NCBI GenBank assembly: GCA_963720545.1
Contig: OY970399.1
Coordinates: forward strand, 2,560,001-2,624,000
Length of the DNA stretch: 64,000 nucleotides
Reading direction: 5' to 3'
DNA from: an uncultured Acidobacteriota bacterium
GTDB taxonomy: Bacteria; Acidobacteriota; Vicinamibacteria; Fen-336
Shown here: positions 47,984 to 59,902 of the stretch, piece by piece
Layout: every line of letters starts with the position of its first letter
Numbering within the stretch: position 1 is the first letter of the stretch
Translations under genes and position numbers: made by a program
Notes under the pieces: generated by a model
The model's input: only the letters and a program-made list of their open reading frames with translations
Told to the model about the DNA's origin: nothing
The model's database searches: none

Positions 47984-48591
47984 GCCTCACCGAGCTGCCG
48001 GTGCGCGAACTGCTCGACCGCTTCGCTTCGACCGAGCCGACCCCGGGCGGCGGCTCGGCCGCGGCGCTCGGCGGCGCCGTCGGCGCGAGCCTGGCGGCGA
48101 TGGTGTGCGCCATGCCGAAGACGCGGACCGGCGCGCCGGAGGAACGCGCGCGCCTCGATGCCGCCGGTGCTGTCGCTGCGGCCGCGACGCAGCGCCTGCG
48201 CGAGCTGGTGGACGAAGACACCGACGCCTACAACGGCGTGGTCGCCGCGTATCGCCTCGCGAAGGCGACGGACGCCGAGAAGGCGGCGCGCAAGCAGGCG
48301 ATCGCCGCCGCCATGCGTCGGGCCACCGACGTGCCGATGGCAACCGCGCGCCAGTGCCTTGCCGTCATGGAGTCGGCCGCGACCGCGGCCAGGGACGGCA
48401 ACCCCAACGCGACCTCCGACGCGCTCTCCGGCCAGGCCCTCGCCTGGGCGGGCCTCATGGGCGCGGCGCAGAACGTGCGCGCCAACGCCCCGTCCCTTGG
48501 CGATGCCGGGTCCGGCGCCGCGGACCTGGCAACCGTGAACGAGGTCCTGCAGGCAGGCCGCGCCCTGCTCGACGCCGCTCTCGCGGGTTAG
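47980..48591 (+). CDS. Formiminotetrahydrofolate cyclodeaminase-like protein (FTCD_C)
   Basis: PTPGGGSAAA, LVDEDT.AY, ATDVP, GNPNA.SD, NVRAN. Confidence 0.85.
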   Translation: MSLTELPVRELLDRFASTEPTPGGGSAAALGGAVGASLAAMVCAMPKTRTGAPEERARLDAAGAVAAAATQRLRELVDEDTDAYNGVVAAYRLAKATDAEKAARKQAIAAAMRRATDVPMATARQCLAVMESAATAARDGNPNATSDALSGQALAWAGLMGAAQNVRANAPSLGDAGSGAADLATVNEVLQAGRALLDAALAG

Positions 48592-48604
48592 TATTACCGC
48601 TTCG

Positions 48605-49312
48605 ATGACCGAAACCCCGGCCCCTCGCAAGAAGTCGATCGCGCGGGAATATCTCGAGTCGATCGTGGTTGCCATCATCCTGGCGCTCTTCATCCGCACT
48701 TTCGCGGTCCAGGCCTTCAAGATCCCAACCGGGTCCATGGAGACCAACCTGCTGGTGGGCGACCACCTGCTGGTCAACAAGGTGCTCTATTCGCCTTCGT
48801 TAGGCCGCTTCGAGGACCTGATGCTCGCGAAGAAGCCGATCCGCCGCGGGCACGTGGTCATCTTCAAGTACCCCGACGACCCCAACAAGGATTACGTCAA
48901 GCGGGTCATAGGTTTGCCGGGAGAGACGGTCGAGATCCGCGACAAGGCGGTGCTCATCGACGGCAAGCCCCTGGAAGAGCACTACACCCGCTTCGAGGAG
49001 CCGCCCCTGCGCCGGGACGACCCCGAATACGGGTTTCGGGCCGAAAGTGAGCGGGACAACTATGGGCCGGTCACGGTGCCCACGGGCCAGCTTTTCGTGA
49101 TGGGGGACAACCGCGACAACAGCCGCGACAGCCGATACTGGGGGTTCCTCCCGGAGGACCAGGTGAAGGGGCGGGCGGTCGTCGTGTACTGGTCGTACGA
49201 CGCGGACCGCGCCGAGTTTGCACCGTCCCGCGACACCGGCGCCTGGCTGCGGGATACGTTCACGGCTTTCGGCAAGACACGCTGGAGCCGTTTCTTCCAC
49301 CTCATCCGCTAG
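48605..49312 (+). CDS. lepB: Signal peptidase I
   Basis: IPTGSM (Ser), YVKRVIGLPGE (Lys), GDNRDNSRDSRYWG. Confidence 0.95.
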   Translation: MTETPAPRKKSIAREYLESIVVAIILALFIRTFAVQAFKIPTGSMETNLLVGDHLLVNKVLYSPSLGRFEDLMLAKKPIRRGHVVIFKYPDDPNKDYVKRVIGLPGETVEIRDKAVLIDGKPLEEHYTRFEEPPLRRDDPEYGFRAESERDNYGPVTVPTGQLFVMGDNRDNSRDSRYWGFLPEDQVKGRAVVVYWSYDADRAEFAPSRDTGAWLRDTFTAFGKTRWSRFFHLIR

Positions 49313-49326
49313 ACCGAGGAGGTTTC

Positions 49327-49698
49327 ATGTCGCAGTCGCAACGAGGCGAAGGCCGCCTGTCCAGCATCATCTGGCTTGTCGTCTTCGCAGCCATTGCGTG
49401 GGCCGCGTGGAACGTGGCACCCGCCTACATCGCCAACTTCTCCCTGACCGACAAGATGAACGAGATCGCGCGCACGCCGCGCGGGCCGAAGGCCGACCAG
49501 CAGGTGCAGGACCAGCTCGCCAAATACGTCCGCCAGGAGCGCCTCGACGCCTGGATCGACCTCGACATGTTCAAGGTGTCCACGGTCGAGACCAACCGCC
49601 AGATCACGCTCGAGTACGACCGCGAGGTGCAGATCCTTCCCGGCTTCAAGAAGGTGCTGCACTTCAACAACAAGGTGGAGCAGCCGCTGCTCTACTAG
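49327..49698 (+). CDS. DUF4845-like single-TM protein
   Basis: N-terminal QRG plus TM, PAY motif, YDREV...LHF; usual position after lepB; GGAGG RBS. Confidence 0.6.
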   Translation: MSQSQRGEGRLSSIIWLVVFAAIAWAAWNVAPAYIANFSLTDKMNEIARTPRGPKADQQVQDQLAKYVRQERLDAWIDLDMFKVSTVETNRQITLEYDREVQILPGFKKVLHFNNKVEQPLLY

Positions 49699-49707
49699 CG
49701 GGGCGCC

Positions 49708-51501
<1,794 letters not shown>

Positions 51502-51570
51502 ACCGTCATTCTAGTCGGCCTTGTGCGTATACTCCGCGCACCCTACCCAAAACCGGAGGAGTGCCAAATA

Positions 51571-52332
51571 ATGCGGACCCGCTCACTGCTCGCCTGCGTC
51601 CTCGCCCTCATCAGCGCCGCCTGCATCGAGGGCCGGCGCGTCATCCACGTGAACGCCAACGGCAGCGGCACCATCGTCGAGACCATGAAGCTGAGCGAAC
51701 AGGGCGCCGGCATGGAAGCCGCCTTCGCCCAGCTCGACTCCAAGTCCGCGGCCGACAAGCAGGCCGCGAGCGAAGCCAAGCTGAAGGAGCGCGCCGGGCT
51801 CATGGGGCCCGGGGTACGCTTCGTCTCGCTCAAGAAGAACGCCGCCGGCGCCGACGAGATCAGCTACGCCTTCGACAACGTCAACACGCTGGTGGTGGAC
51901 ATGAACCTCAGCTCGCCCGGCGGTTCCGAGGCGGTCGCGATCAAGCAGCCGCTGCGCTTCAACCTCGCCGGCAAGAAGCTCACCGTCACCATGCCGGAGA
52001 CCAAGGAGGACGCGGCCGCCGCAGCCGCACCGGAGAAGACCGCCGAGCAGGCAGCGCAGGAAGTGACGATGATGAAGGGCATGCTGAAGGGTATGAAGCT
52101 CTCGACCGCGGTCGAGGTGCCGGGCACCATCACCACCGCCAACGTGCCCTCGAGCGGATCGACCGCCACCATCATGTCGATGGACTTCGACGTCATGGCG
52201 AGCGACGACGAGAACATCAAGAAGTTCATGGCCGGAGCTTCCGACCCGGAGACCATGAACGCGAAGAAGATCCAGGGCGTGAAGGGACTGTCCTACCCCC
52301 CCGGTCCGCAGGTGGTTATCGACTTCAAGTAG
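51571..52332 (+). CDS. Hypothetical lipoprotein (LppM-like pattern)
   Basis: GGAGG RBS, lipobox SAAC, IHVNANGSGTI. Confidence 0.7.
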   Translation: MRTRSLLACVLALISAACIEGRRVIHVNANGSGTIVETMKLSEQGAGMEAAFAQLDSKSAADKQAASEAKLKERAGLMGPGVRFVSLKKNAAGADEISYAFDNVNTLVVDMNLSSPGGSEAVAIKQPLRFNLAGKKLTVTMPETKEDAAAAAAPEKTAEQAAQEVTMMKGMLKGMKLSTAVEVPGTITTANVPSSGSTATIMSMDFDVMASDDENIKKFMAGASDPETMNAKKIQGVKGLSYPPGPQVVIDFK

Positions 52333-52363
52333 CATGAAGCCTTCATTATCGGAGGCAGATTTC

Positions 52364-52948
52364 ATGCGTAAAGCGTTGTCGATCGCCGTCATGCTGGCTG
52401 GCCTGGCGCTGGTTTCGGCCTGCGCGAAAGGTCCGGCCGAGGCCGCCCTGAAGGCAGCCGACGCTGCCGTCGAGAGCGTCAAGGCCGACACCGAGCGGTT
52501 CGCTCCCGAGCAGTTCGCGGCACTCTCAGCCGAGAATGCGGCGGCGCACGAACTGTTCAACAAGGGCGATTACAAGGGCGCGTCCGAAGCGGCGCGCTCG
52601 ATTCCCGCCAAGGCGCAGGAAGTCCTGCAGGCGGCGCTCGCCCGCAAGGACGAACTGACCAAGACCTTCACCGAGATCCAGGGCGCGCTCCCCGGCATGA
52701 TCGCGGCACTCACCGCGCGCGTAACCGAGCTTGCCGGCAAGCCGCCGAAGGGCATGGAGCCCGCGGCGTTCACGGCTGCGACCGGCGCCGTCGCGACCTT
52801 GCCGCAGCGCTGGTCCGAGATCGCCGGCGCGTTCCAGGGCGGCGACGTGCTCGCGGCCGTCGACCGCGCCAAGGCCTTGAAAGCCGAGGTCGAGGGGCTG
52901 ATGACCCAGCTCGGAGTCTCTGCGGCGCCCGTCACACCCGCCGCCTGA
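52364..52948 (+). CDS. Helical lipoprotein (DUF4398-like)
   Basis: GGAGG RBS, lipobox VSAC, Ala-rich helices, ERFAPE. Confidence 0.65.
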   Translation: MRKALSIAVMLAGLALVSACAKGPAEAALKAADAAVESVKADTERFAPEQFAALSAENAAAHELFNKGDYKGASEAARSIPAKAQEVLQAALARKDELTKTFTEIQGALPGMIAALTARVTELAGKPPKGMEPAAFTAATGAVATLPQRWSEIAGAFQGGDVLAAVDRAKALKAEVEGLMTQLGVSAAPVTPAA

Positions 52949-52961
52949 AGCGCCCGTCACA

Positions 52962-52989
52962 GCGGCTCCCGCTCGCGGGAGCCGTTTTT
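52962..52989 (+). terminator. Intrinsic terminator
   Basis: GCGGCTCCCGC-TC-GCGGGAGCCGT followed by a T run. Confidence 0.8.
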
Positions 52990-53015
52990 CGCAAGCACTC
53001 CCGTACAATCGAAGC

Positions 53016-53849
53016 ATGAGGTCATCTCTGCGCCTGCTCGCCGGAGGCGCCGCGGCAGCCGTGCTCGCGGCTGCGCCGGCCGCGAGCGCAGCCACCGAAG
53101 TCGCGCGCCTGACACTCGTCGAAGGCACTGTCAGCGTGGCCGTGGGCGGCGCCGCCTTCGCGCCTGCCAAAGAAGGCACCGGCATCACCAACGGCACGAG
53201 AGTGCGCACCGGCCCACAGGCGCTTGCGCGTCTCGAGTTTCCCGTGATGTCGGTGACCGCAGGCGCCGACAGCGAGCTGAATGTTTCCGGCGCGGTGCTG
53301 TCACTCGAGCTGGCGCGCGGCCGCGCCGAGATCGCGAGCAAGCAGGCGGACATCGTCAAGGTGGTGGCGGCGCGCGGCGAGGTGCGCGGCGACGGCTGGG
53401 CCGTGGTCCGCCGCGAGGGCAATGCCGTGCAGGTGACGGTCGTGCAGGGCCGCTTCTTCGTCACCAGCAACGGCCACAACCTGGCGGTTGCCGGCGGCGC
53501 CGGCGCGGTGTTCACGGAAGGCGTGGCACCGCGCGCCGTCGAACTGCCGTCGCGACCGCAGGTGATCTTCCCCGGCGCCGACGCGGCGTACGTCGCGCAG
53601 GGCGAGCCGCTCGACGTGTCGTGGACGCCACCGGGCCGCTCGCACCTGCAGCTGCTCGCGATCGGGTCAGAAGAGGTGCTCATGGACCGCGACGTCGACG
53701 GTGCGAAGACGACTCTGAGCGTGCCGTGGCCCGGTCTTTACCGGTGGCGGGTCGCCGGCCGCGACGCGGCGGGCCTCGAGGGCGTGCCGTCCACCGAAGG
53801 ACTCATCTGCGTTCTCGATCGCCGGTTGGAGGGCAAATCCGGTCAATGA
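53016..53849 (+). CDS. Secreted FecR-domain protein
   Basis: Signal peptide; LVEGTV...GTRVRTG...ARLEF...VQVTVVQG; C-terminal GLYRWRV Ig/FN3-like. Confidence 0.7.
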   Translation: MRSSLRLLAGGAAAAVLAAAPAASAATEVARLTLVEGTVSVAVGGAAFAPAKEGTGITNGTRVRTGPQALARLEFPVMSVTAGADSELNVSGAVLSLELARGRAEIASKQADIVKVVAARGEVRGDGWAVVRREGNAVQVTVVQGRFFVTSNGHNLAVAGGAGAVFTEGVAPRAVELPSRPQVIFPGADAAYVAQGEPLDVSWTPPGRSHLQLLAIGSEEVLMDRDVDGAKTTLSVPWPGLYRWRVAGRDAAGLEGVPSTEGLICVLDRRLEGKSGQ

Positions 53850-55333
53850 AGGTAACGGCGACGACGAATAGCGGGGCGAAGACTCTGGGTGCGTTGCGGT
53901 CGTCGGGATATCGCAGCGAAAGCGTCAAGGACGAGATGCGGCGCAACCTGCGCCGCAAGCTGGCGGCGGGTGAGGCGCTCTTTCCCGGCGTGCTCGGCTA
54001 CGACGACTCGGTGGTGCCGCAGGTGGTGAACGCGATCCTCTCGCGCCACAACTTCATCCTGCTCGGCCTGCGCGGCCAGGCCAAGAGCCGGCTGCTGCGC
54101 AGCCTCACCAACCTGCTCGACGCCTCGGTGCCGGTGATCGCGGGGTGCGAGATCCACGACGATCCGCTGGCGCCTTTGTGCCGGCCGTGCCGCGACCGTG
54201 TCGCGGAGCGCGGCGACGCCACCGAGGTCTCGTGGCTCGGCCGCGACCAGCGCTTCGTCGAGAAGCTGGCGACGCCGGACGCGACCATCGCCGACATCAT
54301 CGGCGACGTCGACCCGATCCGCGCGGCGCGCGGCGGCCACGACCTCGGCAGCGAGCTGACCATGCACTACGGCCTCCTGCCGCGCGCGCATCGCGGCATC
54401 TTCGCCCTCAACGAGCTTCCCGACCTCGCGGCGCGCATCCAGGTGGGACTGTTCAACATCCTCCAGGAGGGCGACGTCCAGATAAAGGGCTATCCGGTGC
54501 GCCTGCCGATCGACGTCGTGATGGCGTTCACCGCCAACCCCGAGGACTACACGGCGCGCGGCAAGATCATCACGCCGCTCAAGGACCGCATCGGCAGCGA
54601 GGTCCGCACCCACTACGCCGGCACCCTCGAGCAGGGCGTCGCGATCACGCAGCAGGAAGCGTGGACCAACCGTGAGGTGGAGCTGCGCGTGCCGCGGCAG
54701 ATCCGCGAGGTGGTGGAGGGGGTGGCGTTCGCGGCGCGCCGCGAGAAGAAGATCGACAAGCGCAGCGGCGTCAGCCAGCGGCTGCCGATCTCGGCGCTCG
54801 AGAACGTGGTGTCGAACGCCGAGCGGCGCGCCTTGGTGCACAACGAGACTCCGGTGGTGCCGCGCGTCTCGGACATCTATGCCGCGGCACCCGCCCTCAC
54901 CGGCAAGTTCGAGCTCGAATACGAGGGCGAGCTGGTCGGCGCCGAGGCGGTGGCGCGCGACCTCATCCGCCAGGCGATCGGCGAGGTGTTCTCCGTCTAC
55001 ATGGGAGCGGCCGACCTGCGGCCGGTGATCGCGCACTTCGAGCAGGGCAGCTCGCTCAAGCTCGAAGCCGACCTGCCGTCGGCCGAACTGCTGCGGCGCT
55101 TCAGCGCGGTGCCCGGCCTGCTGCAGCGCATCTCGTTCCTCGGCGCGAGCGAAGCCGACCCGGCGCCGGTGTCCGCCGCCGCGGCCGAGTTCATCCTCGA
55201 GGGCCTGTGCGCCCAGAAGAAGATCGGCCGCAGCGACGAGCGCGGCTTCCAGGCGACCGAGCGCCCGGTGGAGATGGAAATCGACGTCGAGCGCCTCGAA
55301 CAGTTGCGGCGGATGAAGAAACAGGTCAACTAG
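53846..55333 (+). CDS. Magnesium chelatase ChlI-like AAA+ ATPase
   Basis: GLRGQAKS, EKLATPD, RGIFALNELPDL, TANPEDYTARG, PLKDRIGS. Confidence 0.88.
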   Translation: MKVTATTNSGAKTLGALRSSGYRSESVKDEMRRNLRRKLAAGEALFPGVLGYDDSVVPQVVNAILSRHNFILLGLRGQAKSRLLRSLTNLLDASVPVIAGCEIHDDPLAPLCRPCRDRVAERGDATEVSWLGRDQRFVEKLATPDATIADIIGDVDPIRAARGGHDLGSELTMHYGLLPRAHRGIFALNELPDLAARIQVGLFNILQEGDVQIKGYPVRLPIDVVMAFTANPEDYTARGKIITPLKDRIGSEVRTHYAGTLEQGVAITQQEAWTNREVELRVPRQIREVVEGVAFAARREKKIDKRSGVSQRLPISALENVVSNAERRALVHNETPVVPRVSDIYAAAPALTGKFELEYEGELVGAEAVARDLIRQAIGEVFSVYMGAADLRPVIAHFEQGSSLKLEADLPSAELLRRFSAVPGLLQRISFLGASEADPAPVSAAAAEFILEGLCAQKKIGRSDERGFQATERPVEMEIDVERLEQLRRMKKQVN

Positions 55334-55342
55334 GGCAAGCCC

Positions 55343-56566
55343 ATGGCCCGCGCCGTTTCCTATCACCGCTACATTTCGGAGCTTTGGGACGACCTCGACC
55401 TCGAGAGCCTGGTGGGTGAGCTGTCCGACCACCTGCTGCAGTCGGGCTTCGAGTACGACGGCGAGGACTTCGACCCCGGCGACGAGGCGGCGCTGCAGGA
55501 CGCGATCCTCGACGCCATCGTCCAGCGCGGGCTGCTCTCCGAGGAAGACCTGAACAAGCTGATGCGCGACCAGGACGCGCTGGGCCAGTTCCTGCACAAG
55601 ACCATCGAGCGCATGACCCGCGAGGGCTACCTGCGCCGCGCCGAGACGCAGCCGTTCAACGACCCGACCGCCGGGCGCGGCGGGCCCGGAACCGGTGCGC
55701 CGCTGCGCTTCGAGATGACCGAGAAGACCTCGGACTTCCTCGGCTACAAGGCGCTGCGCGACCTGCTCGGCAGCCTCGGCAAGTCGTCGTTCGGCCACCA
55801 CGAAACGCGCGACCTCGCGACCGGCGTCGAGGCCTCAGGCCCGACCAAGGTCTACGAGTTCGGCGACACCCTCAACCTCGACGTCAGCGGCACGCTCCTC
55901 TCCGCCATCGCGCGCGAAGGCCTGCGCGTGCCGCTGAACCTCGAATACCAGGACCTGCTGGTCCGCCAGACCGAGTACTTCTCGTCGTGCGCCACGGTGG
56001 TCATGCTCGACTGCTCGCACAGCATGATCCTCTACGGCGAGGACCGCTTCACGCCGGCGAAGAAGGTGGCGCTGGCGCTGTCGCACCTGCTGCGCACGCA
56101 GTTTCCCGGCGACAGCCTGCACCTGGTGCTGTTCCACGACTCGGCCGAGGAAGTGCCGCTCAGCAAGCTCGCCTCGGTGCGCGTCGGCCCGTACTACACC
56201 AACACCCGCGAGGGCCTGCGCCTGGCGCAGCGGATCCTGGCGCGCGAGCGCAAGGACATGAAGCAGATCGTGATGATCACCGACGGCAAGCCGTCGGCGC
56301 TCACCGAGGACGACGGGCGCATCTACCGCAACCCGTTCGGCCTCGACCCGCGGGTCGTCGCCCTCACCTTGAAGGAAGTGGCGAACTGCCGGCGCCAGGG
56401 CGTGCTGGTCAACACCTTCATGCTGGCGCGCGACCGCGACCTGGTCGCTTTCGTCCGCCGCGTCACCGCGATGTGCCGCGGCAAGGCGTACTTCACGACG
56501 CCCTACACGCTGGGGCAGTACGTCCTCATGGACTACATGAACAAGAAGACCCGCAAGGTGCACTGA
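55343..56566 (+). CDS. VWA-domain protein partner of the ATPase
   Basis: [28 protein letters not shown]. Confidence 0.88.
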   Translation: MARAVSYHRYISELWDDLDLESLVGELSDHLLQSGFEYDGEDFDPGDEAALQDAILDAIVQRGLLSEEDLNKLMRDQDALGQFLHKTIERMTREGYLRRAETQPFNDPTAGRGGPGTGAPLRFEMTEKTSDFLGYKALRDLLGSLGKSSFGHHETRDLATGVEASGPTKVYEFGDTLNLDVSGTLLSAIAREGLRVPLNLEYQDLLVRQTEYFSSCATVVMLDCSHSMILYGEDRFTPAKKVALALSHLLRTQFPGDSLHLVLFHDSAEEVPLSKLASVRVGPYYTNTREGLRLAQRILARERKDMKQIVMITDGKPSALTEDDGRIYRNPFGLDPRVVALTLKEVANCRRQGVLVNTFMLARDRDLVAFVRRVTAMCRGKAYFTTPYTLGQYVLMDYMNKKTRKVH

Positions 56567-56588
56567 AGCTGCGGCGCGACTTCGCTGC

Positions 56589-58199
56589 GTGCTAGCGTGC
56601 CGAGCCGTGGCCTTCAAGTCCATCAAGGTGACGCGCGGCGCGGCGTTTGCGTGTGCGGTGCTCGTCGCCGTGGGCGGTGTGCTCGTCCAGAACGCCAACC
56701 AGCGCAACCCACGGATAGTCCACGGCCGTTTCTCTCTGCCGGCGTTCGACGCCTGGGTGTATATCGCCATGGCCGAACACCCGTCGGTCTTCACCGCCAA
56801 GCCTTGGGGGTACCGGCCGCTGGGGCCCGCGATCGCCGGCCGGATCGGCCGCGGTCGGCCCACCGCCGGCTTCCGCACCCTCACGCTCGCCGGCATGTCC
56901 CTCGCCGGCATCGCCCTCTACTTCTACCTGCGGCGGCTCGGCTTCTCCCCCTGGCCCGCGACCGCCGGCATCGCGGCATTCGTGGCGTCGCCGCCGGTTG
57001 GCGAAATCATCGGTGCGCGCTTCCTGGTCGAGCCGCCCACCGTGGCCTTGTGGATCCTGTTCCTGTGGGCCGCGCAAGCGGCGGCGCCAGCCGGTGTGCT
57101 CGCGGCAATTGCCGTGCTCGGCGTCCTGTCGAAAGAGACGTTCGTTCTGCTGGTCCCGCATCTTCTGTTCGTCGACCCGGAGCGCCCATGGGCGTGGCGC
57201 CTGAAGCGGTTCGGCATCATCGCGGCGGCAGCGATGCTGGCGCGGCAGGCGCTCTTCCAGGTGTGGCCCGACTACACTGGCGGCGCGTTTGGCCCGGCGC
57301 GCCTCCTCGAGCTGCTGCGGGTCTCGGCGCTCGCATGGCGGAGCTGGCTGCCGCCGCTGACCATGGGCGGGTTGCTGGCCGTCGCGGCCGTGGGCCTGCT
57401 GCGTGCAGAGGGCCGGCAGTTCACACGGGACAACCTCTACCAGATCGCGGCGACGCTGGCGCTGCCGTTCGCTGCGCCGCTCGGTAGCGCGCTGCCCGGA
57501 TTTGGTCTCTCGGTCTACGGCGCCGATTTTCGTCGGCTCTCCGTATACGCGCTTCCCTGGGTGATCGCGCTCGCGCTGCTCGCGCTCGGCGCCCGCCGCC
57601 GCGCGCCGCCACCGTCTCCCTGGCCGCGAGCCCTGGGTGCAGCCGGCCTGGCCGCAGCGGCCGCCACCATCGTCATGACTGTCGCGTCGCTTGACCGGTA
57701 CCGCCGTGCCGACCTGTCCGGGCCGCGAGACGGCGCGTTGACGCTCGCGGCCTGCCGCGAAAGCTTGCGGGTCGCGCGGCTTCTCGAAGCGGGCCGCCCG
57801 TTCTCGTACGACTTCATGACCCAGGGGCTCGAAAGCTTCGCGGCCGAGCCAGCGCGCCTCGGCGAGGCGCGCTGGTTCCTGCGCGACGGCTTCGGCATCC
57901 GCGAAGAGAAAGCGACGGGCACCGCCGTGCTGCGCGAACCCGCGGCGAGCCTGCTGGTGCCGGTGCTGACGCCGAGGGACGTATTGCTGACGCTCGTGTT
58001 CACGGCGCCGCCGCAGGAACCGATTGGTGTCTCGCTCAACGGCCGCGAGCTGGGCAGCCTCAGCGCCGCGGACGCGAACGATCCCGCCGCCGCCGCGATC
58101 ACGCTGCCGAAGAGCGCCCTGTACCGCGGCGACAACGTGGTCACGCTGCTGCGCGGCGCGCAGCAGGCAGCCGCCATCCGCAAGCTATCGCTGCGTTAG
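56589..58199 (+). CDS. Polytopic membrane protein (GT-C-like)
   Basis: FDAWVYIAMA...PWGYRPL.P, many TMs, LSKET; start may be GTG at 56607. Confidence 0.6.
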   Translation: MLACRAVAFKSIKVTRGAAFACAVLVAVGGVLVQNANQRNPRIVHGRFSLPAFDAWVYIAMAEHPSVFTAKPWGYRPLGPAIAGRIGRGRPTAGFRTLTLAGMSLAGIALYFYLRRLGFSPWPATAGIAAFVASPPVGEIIGARFLVEPPTVALWILFLWAAQAAAPAGVLAAIAVLGVLSKETFVLLVPHLLFVDPERPWAWRLKRFGIIAAAAMLARQALFQVWPDYTGGAFGPARLLELLRVSALAWRSWLPPLTMGGLLAVAAVGLLRAEGRQFTRDNLYQIAATLALPFAAPLGSALPGFGLSVYGADFRRLSVYALPWVIALALLALGARRRAPPPSPWPRALGAAGLAAAAATIVMTVASLDRYRRADLSGPRDGALTLAACRESLRVARLLEAGRPFSYDFMTQGLESFAAEPARLGEARWFLRDGFGIREEKATGTAVLREPAASLLVPVLTPRDVLLTLVFTAPPQEPIGVSLNGRELGSLSAADANDPAAAAITLPKSALYRGDNVVTLLRGAQQAAAIRKLSLR

Positions 58200-58603
58200 C
58201 GCTTCTTCGCGCGCTTCCTGGCGGCTTGCAGCGCCCGCGGCTTGCCGGCGACAACCCGCTGCGCCTTCGGGCGCGGGTGCTTCGCTTCGTACACGCCCAG
58301 GGTGCCGCCGCCGGGAAGGCTCACCCTCGTCAGCAGGCCCCAGCGCAGGTCCTGCACCGGGCTGCACGAAACGCCGCGCTTGCCCATGTTCGTGAGGAAC
58401 GTCTTGATGTCGTCGCACAGCAGGTAGAACTCATGGACGTCGTTCTTGTCGCCAGGATGCACGGCGACTTCGGCGGGCGGCAAGCCAAAGATCAACCACC
58501 CATGGCCCGCGTCCACATGCGGCAACGTGAGCACGTCGCGCAGGAAGCTGCGATCCGCCTCGGGATCCTTGCTGTAGACGATCGAATGAGCGCCGACGAT
58601 CAT
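58196..58603 (-). CDS. VOC/glyoxalase-family protein
   Basis: GAHSIVYSKDPEADR.F, GWLIFGLPPAEVAVHP, WG...LPGGG.LG.YE; GGGAGG RBS. Confidence 0.85.
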   Translation of the reverse strand: MIVGAHSIVYSKDPEADRSFLRDVLTLPHVDAGHGWLIFGLPPAEVAVHPGDKNDVHEFYLLCDDIKTFLTNMGKRGVSCSPVQDLRWGLLTRVSLPGGGTLGVYEAKHPRPKAQRVVAGKPRALQAARKRAKKR

Positions 58604-58616
58604 TGTTCCTCCCTGC

Positions 58617-59814
58617 TCAGCGGCCAGCCGGGCATGGCCAGCCCTCCTTGACGATGTCGCCAGCGAGCTGTTCGCCGACGATGCGGTTGCCCTCCGCGTT
58701 CCAGTGCAGGTCGCGTGTGTAGTAGGCGGGCCGCGCGCCCGAATCGGCGGCATGCAGCGCATCGCGCGCGTCGAGGAGCGGCACGCCGAGCGGCGCCAGG
58801 ACCTGGCCGAGCCGCTCGACCACCGCTTCGCGCCGCCAGCGCCGGCCCCAGTCGTAACGCTCGCGGGTCAGGTCCCAGACGGCGTCGTTCACCTCGAAGC
58901 GCGCCGGCACGTAGAGCGTCATTAGCCGGGCATCGTGGGCGCGCACCTCCTGCGTCGAGCGCTCGCAGGATGGCGCCGGTGCGCTCCCACATGTCGGCCA
59001 CTTCCTTGTTGTTGGCTGGGCCGAACGGCCACAGCTCACGCGACGGATCCTTGCCGGCGCGCTGCACCAGGCCGAGGCTCGCCAGGAACTCGTGCAATCG
59101 CGGCGCCGAGTCGATGGTGCGGTCGGAGAGCAGGCGCAGCGCGAACGAGCCGCGCCACGGCGACGGCACCATCTGCTCCGGTGCCACCGGCGGCGGCTCC
59201 TTGAGCGGCAGGTTGGCGGGCACGATCTTCTCGCCGTCCACGTAGAACATCGGCTTGGGGCGGTTGGTGCCGAGGTTGTTGCGCGTGTTGTGGTAGAGAT
59301 CGTTCGAATAGAAGAAGAGCAGCACCAGATCGGCGCCGTAGCGGCTGCCTTCGTCGCGGTAGAACAGGTACTCCTGGTCGGTGCTGTAGCCGAGCGTGCC
59401 GCCGTTGATGACCTCGACCGGACCGCAGCCGCGGGCGTTCAGTGTGCGCTCGAGCACCGCGCGCGCGGTCTGGTCCTCCTCGGCGTAATACCCCTCGGCG
59501 AACGAGTCGCCGAGGATCAGGATGCGCCTGACACCTTGCGGCACGGGGTAGTCGCGCTCGGGGCCGCGCAGGCCCTTCGAGTTGAAGGCGATCTCGACGT
59601 CGTACTCGGCGCGCCGTATGCGCCGCTTCACTCCCGGGTTCTTGTCCCAGCCGAGCACCGGGTTGAACCGGCCCATCGGCTCCAGTTCGCCGTGAGGGTC
59701 GACGTAGACGCGCTTGATGTACCAGCGCGCGGCGCCTTCGAGGAGGGCTGCCACCAGGCCGAAAGAAACGACAAGCAGCAGCAAGTTGAGCGCGATGGCG
59801 CGCAGCCGGCTCAT
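58617..59814 (-). CDS. SGNH/GDSL hydrolase-like protein; apparent single-base frameshift near 58953
   Basis: ILGDSFAEG, VINGGTLGYSTDQ, NDL; the C-terminal DLHWN.EGN motif lies in the adjacent frame (ORF 58617..59039). Confidence 0.75.
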
Positions 59815-59902
59815 GTGCCGATCAAGTTAGCACACGGCGCGAAACCCGCGCCGCCGCTTAGAATCGCAGTCCTTGAACGGGACGAGCGCTTCACGCTGGA
59901 CG

